Below the pieces are notes generated by a model. It was given only the letters and a program-made list of their open reading frames with translations. It was not told where the DNA came from and searched no databases. DNA of 64,000 nucleotides, taken from positions 16,351,875 through 16,415,874 of the forward strand of contig OZ037768.1 in the NCBI GenBank assembly GCA_964035545.1, read 5' to 3'. The stretch comes from Bugula neritina. Lineage: Eukaryota > Animalia > Bryozoa. How positions within the stretch are numbered: the first letter of the stretch is position 1; each line of letters starts with the position of its first letter. Shown piece after piece: positions 50,790 to 64,000 of this stretch. The translations under genes and the position numbers were made by a program.

Positions 50790-51130
50790 TAATAGTGGAG
50801 TAAGGGACTGACTGCGCTTTGGTTGCTGTAGTTGATTTAATGTTCAAATCTGTAATTGTCCAAGGTAGAAAACAATTGTAATATTCATTTTGGTTGGCAC
50901 TAATTGAGCACGGCTTTCCTTGAGCCTGAAAAGTGAGACCTAGTTTGAACTGTTGACAATGTTTGTTCAACCAAGTTGATTCGGTGAGTGCTGGGTGGTA
51001 TTCCTCTTCAGATAAAATCTGGAGAATCGGACTAATGTGCTTATTTCTTCTTCTGGAGGCTAATGGTATTATTCCAAGCTTTTCCAAAGCCAAATTCAAA
51101 TTTGTCCAACCATTTAAAATTCAAATTTTT
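50790..51130 (-). mobile_element. Decayed 3' end of a non-LTR retrotransposon ORF2 (CR1/L2-like)
   Basis: Translation has LEKLG..PLASRRR and YYNCFLPWTITDLN, resembling the ORF2 C-terminal L..RR...SFFPRTIxxWN pattern. Confidence 0.5.
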
Positions 51131-51302
51131 AAAATAAACATCACTCCATGTGTAGTTCAATTGTTTAACTTTAAGTTTATCTCTTTGAGATTATGTTGAG
51201 CTTTAACCTTAAGTATTGCATTAGGCTTAGCCTTAGATAATTATCAATATCATTATGAATATTATTATTATTTTGATTTTTTCATAACCATTAGGCATTA
51301 AC

Positions 51303-51530
51303 CAGGAATATAGTGGTACCCATACGCCGCCGTATGGTCTAGACTCTAGAAGAAAATAGACTGCTTTAGGTCCTACGCCCGTAGGCGTATGGGCATATTT
51401 TTGAAAGTGTTACTGATGATTAGAGCACAGGATAGTTAGGGCATCCTCACTGAGAATATTATAAACTAGGCGGCCCCCTAGACCCCGGCCTGGGAGTATA
51501 GCCTAGAATCTTTTTGCCACTACATCCCTG
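51303..51530. mobile_element. hAT-type MITE (228 bp)
   Basis: TIRs CAGGAATATAGTGG / CAGGGATGTAGTGG; perfect 8-bp TSD GCATTAAC (51295-51302, 51531-51538). Confidence 0.85.
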
Positions 51531-51539
51531 GCATTAACT

Positions 51540-52780
51540 ATTATACATTATTATTAAGTCATTTTGATCATAATCATAATGTATGAATATCATTATCAAT
51601 ACTATGATTATAGTAATATTAATAGTATTGGATTTGGTGTTACCATCAGTATAAGGATTACTAATGCTAATAGTACTACTCATAGTTTCACTAAATGTAA
51701 TACTGGTCAAGCAGTAGGCATGGCAGTAGTAGCACTACTACTAGTGAAGTACTACTACTAGTACTTGTACGGAAAAAGAGGCCAATATGAGTAGTGCTGC
51801 TCTTTAATGCACAAAGAAACAAAGTGGAAACGATGAGGTCAAGCCCAATGACGCGATTGCTTATTTTCGTAACTCGGATGAAATAAACCTATTCCATTTC
51901 AGTATTTTTTATAAACTCAAGAGGCTAAAATTGAGGCTAAGGTTTTTGGCTGCTGGTTTTGTCTTCAGTACTAGTACTACTACTACTACTACTCACTGCT
52001 AGTACTGTAGTAGTACTAGTAATGAGTAGTAGTAGCTCCATTATAAAGGCTGTGAGTGACTAGGAACAACAAAAGTTATTAAATAATGAGTAATCAACCC
52101 AGGGCTGCACTAGAACTAAAAGTAAAACATTATCATTATTCATTATCATTATGATTAACAATGAATCACAATCAGTGAATCACAATGACCATGATAACAA
52201 ATTGAAATACAATGACAATCAGAATCAATATTATTGTAATTGTCATACTTATACTCATTAGTCATTGTGATCATTATGATTATGATTTATTGAATAATTG
52301 ATTATTATTATTATAATCATCAACTTATACTTATAGACTATACTCAACCTCATAGTCATAGACTATAGTTCACTATTACTAATAGTTGTTATAATTATGA
52401 GTCATAATATTTAATAATAATATTAATAATTATTTATTAATATTACTATTAGTATTACTAATATTTTTAATATATATTATTATTAGTTAATAGTTATACT
52501 TATAATTTATTACTTCAAGTTTAAGTTTATTAGTATCATATTGATATTTTCATTAGAGTAATGAAGATACCAATATGAATATGATGCTAATGATCATAAT
52601 TATTATAATAATGATAGTGATAATATTAATGATAAACATTATCATACTCCTACTGTGTCTGTAGCATTAACTTCAAATTTATATATGAAAACAATATTTT
52701 GTCTGCTATAACTAAAAGTATAATTCTACAATATTATAATAATATAATAATTATGAGTATAACTATAACTACATATATGC
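51540..52780. repeat. Degenerate 3/6-periodic tract between the divergent NBN and NKIRAS genes, enclosing a complex island at about 51765-51965
   Basis: (ACT)n, (ATT)n and (ATC)n-like runs; the island has two CCAAT motifs and TGACGCGA. Confidence 0.65.
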
Positions 52781-53599
52781 AATAAAATTATCATTATAGA
52801 CATTCATTTTTATTATCAATAGCAATTTTAAAAAATAAAAACACATATGAAATTTAATTATTATAAACTCACAATAAATAGCCTACTTGTACTTTATTTT
52901 TACGTTATAGTAAGTATATAGTTACATATGATTGTAATCATAGTTCTTTAAAACTACGTCTACTATGATTAGCAATATTAGATTACTGGTTCCCTTTTGT
53001 TTACTTTCTTTTTTAATTGTATTCTAATGGGACTGTTGTTATAGAATATAAAAAAACTGTCTTGGTCTTATAGTTGCGAAAATACAAATTTCAATGTTTT
53101 AAATTCCACTCATTGAATTATGAATTTGAGTTCAGCAGAACCTACATCCCTGTACCTAGCAACTCCCTTATTGAGGCAATAACTTGAAGCAATCACCCTT
53201 TTTGCTCATATCTAGTAAACTCTTAAATACCAATTCATCTATTTCATACAGTCAGATTTCAAAGAGGCTGTCTTATGAAATAGATTTATTAACATGATTT
53301 GTAGTTAAAGTTTTTTTTAGTTATTGAAGGTAACTTAGCACCGAGATATTTTTTTAGACATCTTCTTGAACACCTTTTGCTTCGAAATGCACTCACTACT
53401 TTTTAAAAGCTAATCCTGGACCATTTTATTTTTTGACAGATTTCCTTATTAACTTAAAGCTATGTTCAACATCTCAAGAACATGCACCTAATCCTTTGAG
53501 GTTATAAAAAGCCGTTATATTTTGTCACTGTTTATAAGTGCTTCAATTTCTTTAGTTTTTGTAGATATTTATGAATAGCAGCTATACTAAAGAGTAAGC

Positions 53600-55132
53600 A
53601 TGCCTAGTAAAGTTCACAAGATTATAATTTTGGGTGCAGAAGGGACTGGAAAGACTTCCATCATTGAACAAGCAATATATGGCAATCACGTTGCTGGAAC
53701 TGTAAGCAAATATGTTGAAATTATTTTTATAAATTTTCGCTGAGCTTCATTTTCAATTGAAATATCTTTCTTCAAAGACTGTGCAAATAAGTGAGGATCA
53801 AATGAACAATTGTGACTTTAAAGCTAATAATAAGTAAAGATTAAATTAACACTATGCTGATACAATTGCTAGTTGACTCTCAAGTTGTCAATTACTGACC
53901 TGTGTTACAAATTTACATTTTTTTGGTTCTACACACTTGTTAAAGGTACTTCAGTAACAATGTAAGTGATTTGTATGTAAGTTATTTATATTTTATTATT
54001 TAAATACATTTGCTTTGGGTGAATCTATGTATTTGGGAAAGACCTCACCACATATTATGATTAGAAAATTCTTGTTATATTAGAAAATGGTGCCAACAGT
54101 AGAAGATACATATACAGCCAACATATTTACTGAGAGAAACTGTCTAGAGCAACTACGACTATTCGATACTGCAGGGCTGGTATGTTCTCAGTTAACCTGC
54201 TGTGTACTATCTGATGTCTATTATATCCCAACCTTCTTGAATAAAACGAGTCACTTTAGACATGTTTATGTAGTGTTTTTTGAGTTGGTATGAGTTCATA
54301 GATTTGTGTCTTGTACTTGTAGGATTGTCAAACACCGGTAGTACCAAAGCACTACTACTCATTTGCAGATGTAAGTAAGCACTCGAAAGTATTGATATAT
54401 ACTTGTCAATTTCCTGAATAGAATATTATATAATTTCTATCTCAATACAGAAGTCTTGTTTTCTGTCTAAACTATGGTTTCATATAGTTACTACCTTGTT
54501 TCTTTGGGTTTCTTGGATTTTAGTCACCGATGTTTTTCAGGCATATATTTTAGTGTTTGATATTACGAGGTGGGAGACTTTTCATTGCCTAAATGCTTTG
54601 AAAGCTGATGTTGATAAGCATAAGGATAAAAAAGAACTCCCTGTAATACTTGTACTAGGAAATAAAAGTGATTTAGAACACAGCTCTAGACAAATCGAAT
54701 TTGATACGGTAAAAAAATGGGCTGCACGAGAGAAAGGTATTTAAATAGAAATTCATTTTACTATTGGCTCAATATTTGCTGCTGATTCTAGTCGGAGTTG
54801 AATTTTTTTTAAGTTGTATGTTTTCATTATTTATATTACCAATGTGTGCTCATGCTAGATCTCAAATTTAACATATTACTTTGTAGTACATTTTCGGGAA
54901 GTTTCTGTTACGAATAAGAAGAGTTTAATGGATGCCTTCTCTTTCTTAGTTAGCAAGTTGCTTCCACGTAAGTTGAATACATTGTAAAATCTTTTATTTT
55001 GATTTTTTATAGTTGCTTTTTGCATTTTCAGTATGTTTTTTCCTATTTGTAGAGAGATCAATCAAAAGTCGTTTTAAGAAAGACAGCGCCCAGGCCACGT
55101 TCTCTGTATCTGGCCTAGCAACTGATGTGTAA
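53600..55132 (+). CDS. NKIRAS: NF-kappaB inhibitor-interacting Ras-like GTPase (kappaB-Ras), 200 aa
   Basis: Exons 53600-53701, 54084-54179, 54323-54370, 54541-54736, 54887-54967, 55053-55132 (603 nt); GAEGTGKT, IEQAIYGNH, PTVEDTY, DTAGL (Leu at the Ras Q61 position), NKSD, EVSV; no CAAX. Confidence 0.9.
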
Positions 55133-58100
55133 TGTTGAGATTATCAAAATCTATTTGATTCACTGTATATACTCATTTGTATTTTAAAATGTGTAATAAT
55201 TATTCTATTTTTATCTAATCGAAGAAGACTTATTTTTGTAATGAATCCATTGTACTATTATTGTAAAGCTGTAAATCTACTGTAGTTTTCTTTATGCTCA
55301 CATGTACCGCAATTAACTCATTTAAGCTGGACGGTAGTCTTACTTTCAAATATCATGTCTTTTATATTTAGGACCGTTACTTTCCTTTGGTAGACGGTTC
55401 TTGACAATGTTGGCAATGACTGTAGTTTTCTGTAACTTTATTCCCTTGACAATGACTGTGCTATGTTTACCAATTTTTATTTGTTATTTAGCAGCTAAGA
55501 GGTGGGCATTGCTCTGATAGTCACTGCAGAGCATATTGCTTCATCATTTTATTATTGTATGTAATATGTGCTATTAGCTGTATTTATGGATGTTTGTTAG
55601 GGTGCAGGCTAGCTTAGATTGAACTATAATTTATATGTAATATAATATTAAGCAAACTGACAACCTAGAGATGAATTCTGCTCAATCTAACTTAGCATAG
55701 TGTAACTCATGAGTTTTGTATTAATATTATGTTTATGGATTGCTTGTTAATAGTCCCATACCCAGATATTTTTAGATGTAAAGTGCACTGTGATGCAGAA
55801 ATGATATTTGTGTTTGTAGAAAGTTTCATTTTTTTCTTTTGATGACAGCTGTTAACAGTTTTAGCTTTTAATGAATATTTGTTGTGTCATAATTTAAAAA
55901 ATATCAATTATTTTGCATTTGCTTTAGAATTTTGTTGGTTTTCACTTACATATAAGCCAGTCTTTCACAAATCACTAGAATTGTATTGGTTCACATTTAT
56001 TTTGCATTTTAATTTGTTCCATGTTTATATTTTTCCAGCCTTTCATTAAAAATTATTTTTTCATAATAAATCTCTTGGAAATTTTTAAATAATTAATTAA
56101 TGGTTTTACTGCTGTCACTATCATCTCTACAAGTATCTCTTATAGAATGTATTTCAAGTAAGCCTAGGTTTGCCACAAGTGAAGCTAGTGCAGTTGTTAT
56201 TCAAGTCTTTTGCCATTTCTGTTTGATTGAAAAGCTTTTGGGTCAATAATTTTAACAAATTAGTTTTTGTACTCTGAAAATACGTTATCTTGCAATTCAG
56301 GAAAATGAAAACAAATAAATTTGGTATGCATTTTATCTTTTATAATAACATTCGTGCACATTTTTGCGGCTATCTCTAAATTGAGAATATCCTAAATCTG
56401 TAAGCTTCATATTGGTATGGCTTAGTGTTGTGGTACACATTATTATCACAATTTCTTGATATGTCCTTTAAAGAATCATCCTTCTGTGAAGTGGTCTAGC
56501 CTTAAAATCTTCATGTTGGCAAACTACCCTGCTAAGCACATAGTATGCTGTAAGCACTGGTATAGGAGTAATAGCCCACTGATGCAAAACTATAGATTAT
56601 GTGCCACATGATGGTCCATTTACAAATTGAGTTAAATGGGGTATGTCGCCTGAATAGAAATTTGCTAGGCTAACAACATGGACATAATTAGACTGCACAC
56701 AGGGAATGGGCTGTTGTGTACAAAATATTATTCTGATGGTTGAAAATATTTATATGGAGTTGTTCCAATGTGGATCGACCTATACAGTGTCATTAATCAT
56801 AATTTGTTCTATGGTTTACAAAATAGCATGCACATTGATTTCCTTCCATTCATTTAGTTATTACTGCAAAGTAAGAATAAATAACTTGAGGTTAGAAAGT
56901 TGTTAAAATTCTGTATGGTGCTTTAAAGCCGGTACAGAAACTAGAAAATTTCTGTTATTAATTGGCAAAAAATTACCATGTTTACTTTATATATAATATT
57001 ATATTACAGGCATGTTTTAATCAAATGTGGTAATCATGCATTTTTGATTATTTCCTATTAAAACTTCACAAACTACTGTCCAATATTCTATACACACACA
57101 CACACACACACACACGCACAGTATATAATTATGTAAGTATAATGTATACCTCCAGCTAATTAGCATTCCAGATATATTAATATATCTGTCTCAACCTTCT
57201 GTTTTCTCATGCCAGGATGTCAAGCCTACCTGTAAAGACAAACGAACTTGGTAAAACTGTTTATAAGTGTGGGAGGCTTGCAACAAATTGAAATATGACA
57301 ATATATTACTATCTAATAGAATATATGATATATTGCATAGTATGAGGTTACTTACATTTTTAATCTATACCTAGTATACAAATACGTTGACTTTCAATAA
57401 GCACTTCTGCAGTCGCTCATCTTTTTATCAAATTCAAAGTCACTGCCAAGTATATCTTCAAATATAGTAAATTTCTGTTGTTACATTTAATGACTTTGTC
57501 TTGCAGTTCATTAACTTTGCGTTGTGGACATATTATTATAAATATATTACTAATACTTCCCACTGGAAGTGCCTAATTTTCTGTTTGAATAGCAGCTGAA
57601 GGCTGAGAGTTGGTAAGTTGAATAACATGCGCAGCTTGAGAGTGAACAGTAACTGAATGCTTAGCAGTTTCCCTCTTAGCTCCCTCCTTGCCCACCATCA
57701 CCCAGCATCATCCTCAGTTTAGTTGGTATTGGTTATCTTCTACTTCAACTTTTATAGAGTGTTAAATGTATAAAGCTGAAGTAATTTTTCTCATTGAAAT
57801 CTCTTGTAGCTGGGAATCTTTAGTGTGAGTTCCTAACTCTATCAGAATGACTCTGATATTCTTGATCCATATACTTGTTGTGTCTTGTAGAAATAGACCT
57901 ATAAGAATAACCTATTTTATAACTAAAATACTGCAAGGATTCCTTTAATAATGCTAGTTGCCCAAAAGTCAAAACTAAAGCAACATAAGAAAATCATATC
58001 GTAAATAGTTCGTATTTACTCACTAGCGAGAAGTTTAACATGGTAGTACACAGTCAAGGTCATCAGCAAATACATCCACCATATAGTTTGCAGTTATTAA

Positions 58101-59880
58101 ATTTTTCACAAAGTTCAAAAGTATTTTTATTTAGCAAGCAGCATGCAACTCAAAGTAAAATCTGATAACATTGTGTCATCGTTATGTAATTGACTGTCTT
58201 TCTCAATGTAATGTTTACTAAGATCCAATGCATGTCTACCTGTAGTGTGATTAAGATTGCATTGTTATAAAAACTATTTCATTGTTAATTTCCTTTCTGT
58301 AAAATCCATCCCATATTGAAGACAGGAATTTTGATACAAAGTTGTGTTGCTTCCATGCAGGCAGTAGACAACTCTTAAATGGTCATATGACTTCGCTAAG
58401 GATATAAAACTCACAAACCTCACATTAAAGTTCCCTCAATATATTATTATGTAGAGAAATAATGTTACAATTTACGTAGCATCCAACAATGCATTATGTA
58501 CTACTAAACATGCAGCTGCCCAGTACCACTATAAATTGCACTTTTTGAAAACAATATCTCATACTTTTCCACCAACATTGCGTTTGGTAGATATTTAAAA
58601 ACTATGGAGAGCTCTGTTTACCTTCTATTGTAAAATTAAGGGACATGATATTATGCACTTGTGTCAGCACTTATATTGAGACTCAAGGACAACTTCAAAA
58701 TTACTATATTAACAACCTAGCTTGTTTACATTGTACTCAGTGACCTTCACTTATAAACTATATTAATCTAGCTAGAACAGATGAAAAGGTGATAAGTTAA
58801 CTTGCTGATAACAGATACAGAGAGCTTTATCTCGTAAAACATATAATGATACACAGAAAACTGTTTGATGTCAACAATTATGAATACCTGTATTTTTGTG
58901 TGCGAAAGTGGCAGAAATAAAGCTGCTAAAATTCTAAAGAGAAAATGCCTTTCATATAAAAGATATTTAATTTTTAGGAGGTTGATAAATATATACATTG
59001 GTTGCAGGCTTAAAATTTGTACATATCTATTACTTCACCCTTAAGTCAAACAAGACCATACCCAATATGCCAAACTATTAGAATATGCTTTTAAAAAAGG
59101 CAGATGTCTAAATAAATGCTTGCATGTATAAAGATACTGGAGATACTTTTTATTATTACAGCTAATTATAAATCACCTGCAAAAAATTAACCACCAAGTC
59201 CAAAAAATACTTATAGTTTCACACCCTTTAAATCATATATAATTCTTTAGAATTGCTGAATAACACAATATAAAGTAGCATATGACCACTAGCATAAAGC
59301 CTACTTTAATACTATCAAGATAGTAAAATGATAACTGACATGCTTATGATGGCAAAAATTTCTTTTGCCAAGTTACACTGCTCTTGTTGCAATATATATA
59401 ACGACTACCAGTCACTTGAAACGACTGAAGAAAAAAAGGAGTTTGAAAATCAGGTTTAAAATAATGCAATGTGATAGCTAAAACTACAGTGTCGGAAATT
59501 ACTTGTAAATAGATTTTGGTTGTCAATTCTTCACCTAGAAAGTTTGTAAATAAATACAATGAAAAATTAAGAATATTATCCTGTACTGCCTTATTATTCT
59601 GAAATTAAAATTATATGCTACCCTACATTGAATATTTGAAGACATCTAGTTCTTGATTAAAATACTTTTGTTATAACTAAAAAGAGCAGATCAATAAAAT
59701 AATATACTCAGTGTAATTAGACTTGTATAATAAAGACCCACGATTTCATGGGAATCCATATTTTACTCCATCCTCTCTACCCAAACAGGACAAAGTGGAG
59801 ATAGGTGAGGATATTTTACCCCATTATTTGTATTTGCTATTAGACAGCTTTCAAACCAAAATGTTAAGAATTTGATAATT

Positions 59881-60969
59881 AGGGATAACGGGGCACAACG
59901 GTCATAGGGGGGTACAAAAACCGGTCAAATTCCGAGAAGTTATTGATTTAGTGTTGTGATTTTTTTAATTAAAAAGGTAATGATATAATTATTCAGCCAT
60001 TGTAGTTTCAACACTTGCGAAGCATACGTGTTGAAGAGGCGAGTAAAAAACTGTTTTTACCTACTTTTTGTACATTTTTGAAGATGTCATTAAAGCTTTA
60101 TAATTTTTTACACTCAGCGGTAACAAGCCTATTTTTTTACTGATATTGTTGCCATTGCTTGTCTCTACATTGCTTAACTATAGTATAATAGCAAAATCTA
60201 AAATAAATTTTTTTTGAGCCACATTTATTTTCAACTTGGCCACACAGGGCACAATAGACCACCTGATCATTACACCCTGATCACTGTTATTAGTTTGTTT
60301 GCCAAAAAAAATTAGTTGACATGTTAAAAAATTTATAGATATAGTCATTATTGACCTTTTTGTAAAATATCAAAGACATCATGGTAAGACTACAAAACTA
60401 CAAGGTTAAGCTGCCCTAATATAGACATCTTGTGAGCTGGTTATAGCTTTGCCATTTTATACATAATACAAAACACTCTGCTGTTACTACTAATGGATAG
60501 TCATGATATTCATTATACTCGTACATTATATTATTGAGAGAATATACATGTATATTTGACTAAAATAAATTGTGATTTGCTCATTTCCTCCCTCCCCCTT
60601 CCAAACTCCAGCCACAAACTTCAGCTTCCTTAGCTACAATTCATAAAAAAAATTCACCCGAAATTTTGTAGCACATGTTACTAAAAGTTTTTTTGATGAA
60701 AGTTCCTGTGAAGAGGAAATAGAGAAAACAATTATTAATTCTAAACAGTAATGATAATGGCACCGTAGAAATAAGTAATGTGCTTTTGACTTTGCCTCCC
60801 CGCTACCTGTGGTGTACAGCTAAAACATGATTTTTGCTGAAGAATTGAAAGAGTATTTTTATTTACTTGTGTATATTAAATAAATAAAGATCAGATCCAA
60901 CCAAATCAGCAAAGCTTCAATATATTTGTTGTGTCCCACCCAGTGGCCCATCGTGCCCCCCTCCCCCCT
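59881..60969 (+). mobile_element. Decayed TIR DNA transposon (pogo/Tc1-mariner-like)
   Basis: Imperfect TIRs AGGGATAACGGGGCACAACGGTCA and the reverse complement of TGGCCCATCGTGCCCCCCTCCCCCCT; no intact ORF. Confidence 0.4.
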
Positions 60970-61453
60970 TGTTACTCCTACTGATAACATTTGCTATCGG
61001 CTGCAGTACGTATAAATCTATTTCAAAGTATAACTCTCCTAACTGTACATTCTGGCTTATAATATAAGCATTATAATATACATCGTGTTCTTTACCTGTG
61101 TCTCCATTCATTACAGTACAGCCACGTAAAATCAATAGACCTTCCTAGTAGAATTGTGATCAGTACATGGGTACACGTGATGTAATAACTGTAGAAAATC
61201 TTCTCACTAATCATTAAATCTCTTAACAATATGTATCGGCTTTCTAACATTTACGGTAAAGCTTTCATTACCTATTGAAGAAGTTTCCAAGTTGTCTTAT
61301 GAATAATTTCTTAGTTTTTATGTAGTAATGTTTCTAGATAAATTGCTTGGACTAAATAGTGCACATGAAATGATCAATAATTAAGGCATCTGCCTTGGTG
61401 GTCACATTTTAAAATCACACACATATCAACTCTCACTCATTCACGCCATGCAG

Positions 61454-61658
61454 TTTATAGTTACTATTCCTGTGAAAAACCCCATGGAAAGGGTTTTTTG
61501 TTAACTCAGGCTAAGGACTTAATCAGATGAGGCACATGAGCAATTATCATGGCTGGATGCTCCTCCTAACATAACCAATTGCCTTTGTTGGGGTTCGAAC
61601 CCATGACTTTGTGTTTGCTAGGCCAAACACTCTAACCACCAGACCACGGCTATTCCCT
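61454..61658 (-). mobile_element. tRNA-derived SINE
   Basis: Same family as 26155 and 46136; GGGTTCGAACCC B-box. Confidence 0.8.
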
Positions 61659-63079
61659 CACACTCTTATGAGTCTTATCAACTAATACACTTTTATTGTT
61701 GGCCAAAAAGGTCTTTGTTGTATGGAGTTATCCCTGGGTCTCTTTAATTCAACATATTTGCACTTGCCCCTGATTTTTCAATATGGGCAAAGCAAATAAT
61801 TTGAACCTAATGCTTCTCTATGACAAGCACTATTATATTGTAGCATTTGTAGAGGATAAACTTATAGCCACTGCAAGCATAATATATTATTACCATGTAT
61901 AAGAAAATTATGACTATAGATCTATAATTGTTAAGCCTAATATCTTTCTTTGCAGTCTTAATTATTGTGCCTTTTCTTACCTAGCTATATATGCATGTTT
62001 TGTAAAACGGGAAAATGAATTGAAACTAGCTTGAAGGTTGAGACAGAGTGTTAGAAGTTGTATAATGAATAGAAATATACCAAGATATTCAAGTTACAAT
62101 AATTACTATATAAAAAAGAGTACATTGCATAGTAGCAGATCTAGGCCATATTCCTTTGTAGTTATACTATAATTTCAATTTAAGTGCATGTAAATATGAA
62201 GCTAATAGATACATGCAAACTTTTTTATGCCTGTTGAGTACACTTTTTTTTAAAAATATCATTATTCAAACTATTCGCAGTGCACAAAGAACCTAGTGTC
62301 ATGAATTGAGTTCTCCACAAAACAGCTGTGAAATAATAGATTTTCTCTAAACTCAAGTTTTGTACAAGTTTTAAATCGAAAAAAATCAAAATGCTTTTTT
62401 TAGTGATCAGCTGCAAACTCTAACACAGATTTTGATATAAGGATATATTATATATTATATATATTATTATAATTGTCAAATAATGATTATAGTTTAAGCT
62501 GATATATCTGCATGAACCAAGAAATTGTATCATAGTCTCACTACAGCTTGTAGCTATAAGCCTATAACTGTTGGCTCTTTATTTGTAAGTAATAAATAGT
62601 TATATTGCTTATTACGTAGATTCTGCCTCCTAAGATTCCAAATATTGGTTATATCAATAAGGTTATGCCACCGCGTAAGAATTACATGTGTAATAGTACA
62701 ACGTTTGATGTAATTACTGACTGACGATTTGATTGAGCGTTATACGCGCTGTTATGGAGTTGTCCTCAAAACATCGCGTAATATAGGCTGACCTCATTTG
62801 CAATTTATGCATTGCTGAGCTCCGCATTCATCTACGCGCAATGCCAATTGGGTATTTTGAATTCTTTATAATACTATAATTATTATATAAACGTATGAAT
62901 ATTACCAATTTCCATTTGAGACGCGCTCGTGTAATACCTCTACTCTTACTGAGGTTCTACAATAATTGCACGATAAATCAACTAGTTCAGCTTGAAACTT
63001 CACATTTTGATTTATTAATATTATTCAAATGAAAATTTTATATATTGAAATTTTCACTTTGATTTTGTTTTAAGTCTTT

Positions 63080-63750
63080 TTAGTTTTTTACGTAGTCTCA
63101 GTCTGATGACTCATAAGTCAAGTGTTATGGTTTTACTCTTTTAGTTTTAGTTTTACTTTTAAAATTACTATTACTATTACTATTAGTATTAGTATAACTA
63201 TAACGATAAGCATTCCTATTACTATTACTATTAGTATTACTATTACTATTAGTATTAGTGTATAAAATAATATAATTATAATATTAATAACTAAAGTAAT
63301 AGTAATACTAATACTAATACTAATAGTAATAGTAATAGTTATACTTATAGTTATACTTATACTTATAGTAATACTAATACTAGGTGAGTTAGTTAATACT
63401 CATAGAATTACTATTAGTATTAAGTATTAGGGATGGTGATACTGGTAGTGATACTGATAAGTAATAGCGGTAGCATTGTGATACTTGGTTACTGATTCTG
63501 ATTCAGATTGGGAGCGCCATAGCCCATAGTCACTAGTGATCGTAATAATCCTAATCATAGTATAAACATGGCATAGTCATACTCATGTCTCATAGTGATA
63601 GTGATAATGATACTCATATTCATACTCAGTATAAGTTTCAATGAAAATGAAAATATAAATGATAAAATTAAAAATGTTATTATTAAATATTATTCAATAT
63701 TACTATTAATAGGTACTATGTCATAATCATATTGATAATCATAATGAATG
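63080..63750. repeat. Degenerate 3/6-periodic low-complexity tract
   Basis: attactattagtattact, agtaatactaatact, catagtgatagtgat. Confidence 0.7.
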
Positions 63751-63801
63751 TGGTGTTACAAGGTCATACCTCAAGCTCATGGCTCATTTCCATTACGGTG
63801 A

Positions 63802-63950
63802 TTACCAGTTACCTCTGGTCTGCCACAGAGATTGGTTTTAGGACCAATACGCTTCCTCGTCTTCATCAATAACTTACCTGACTCTCTGGATTGCTTGTGT
63901 GCCTTGTTTGCTGATGACACTCTTGACTGCTCACGTACCTTGTTTGCTGA
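63802..63950 (+). mobile_element. Degenerate LINE reverse-transcriptase fragment (CR1/L2-like)
   Basis: 63802-63924 translates LPVTSGLPQRLVLGPIRFLVFINNLPDSLDCLCALFADDTL, matching the SGVPQGSVLGP..F..FINDL...FADD motifs. Confidence 0.8.
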
Positions 63951-64000
63951 TGGCAGCTTTATCTATTAGGATATAGCCTCATTGAGTGGCCGCAGTAGGT

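Noticed and set aside
8478-55132. Functional gene cluster of NSA2, NUP35, NBN and NKIRAS
   Set aside because: Unrelated housekeeping pathways in mixed orientation; nothing in the sequence supports co-regulation
57140-58100. Exon-like segments with splice signals on the minus strand
   Set aside because: Stops interrupt the frames I tested and no protein family is recognisable; may be a pseudogene or ncRNA but cannot be supported

Overview
AT-rich, intron-containing metazoan (invertebrate-like) genomic DNA. I reconstructed five host genes by hand from splice sites: NSA2 (+), an uncharacterised S/R-rich tail-anchored membrane protein (+), NUP35 (-), NBN/nibrin (-) and a kappaB-Ras/NKIRAS GTPase (+). 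The main accessory feature is an apparently very young Ty3/Gypsy LTR retrotransposon (30225-37736, -). It has identical 305-bp LTRs, a 4-bp TSD, a tRNA-Leu PBS and a -1 gag/pol frameshift signal. In the env position it has a third, non-env gene with a C2H2 zinc finger, Arg/SP-rich tracts and a coiled coil, which appears to need splicing to acquire an ATG. Two solo LTRs of a second family (5787-6343, 37843-38361) and the full element all sit inside degenerate (ACT/AGT)n-type tracts, suggesting target-site preference. The window also holds four copies of a tRNA-derived SINE, several MITEs (Mutator-like, hAT, foldback), LINE fragments, and minisatellites seeded at splice junctions. Everything was read by eye and no database searches were run.
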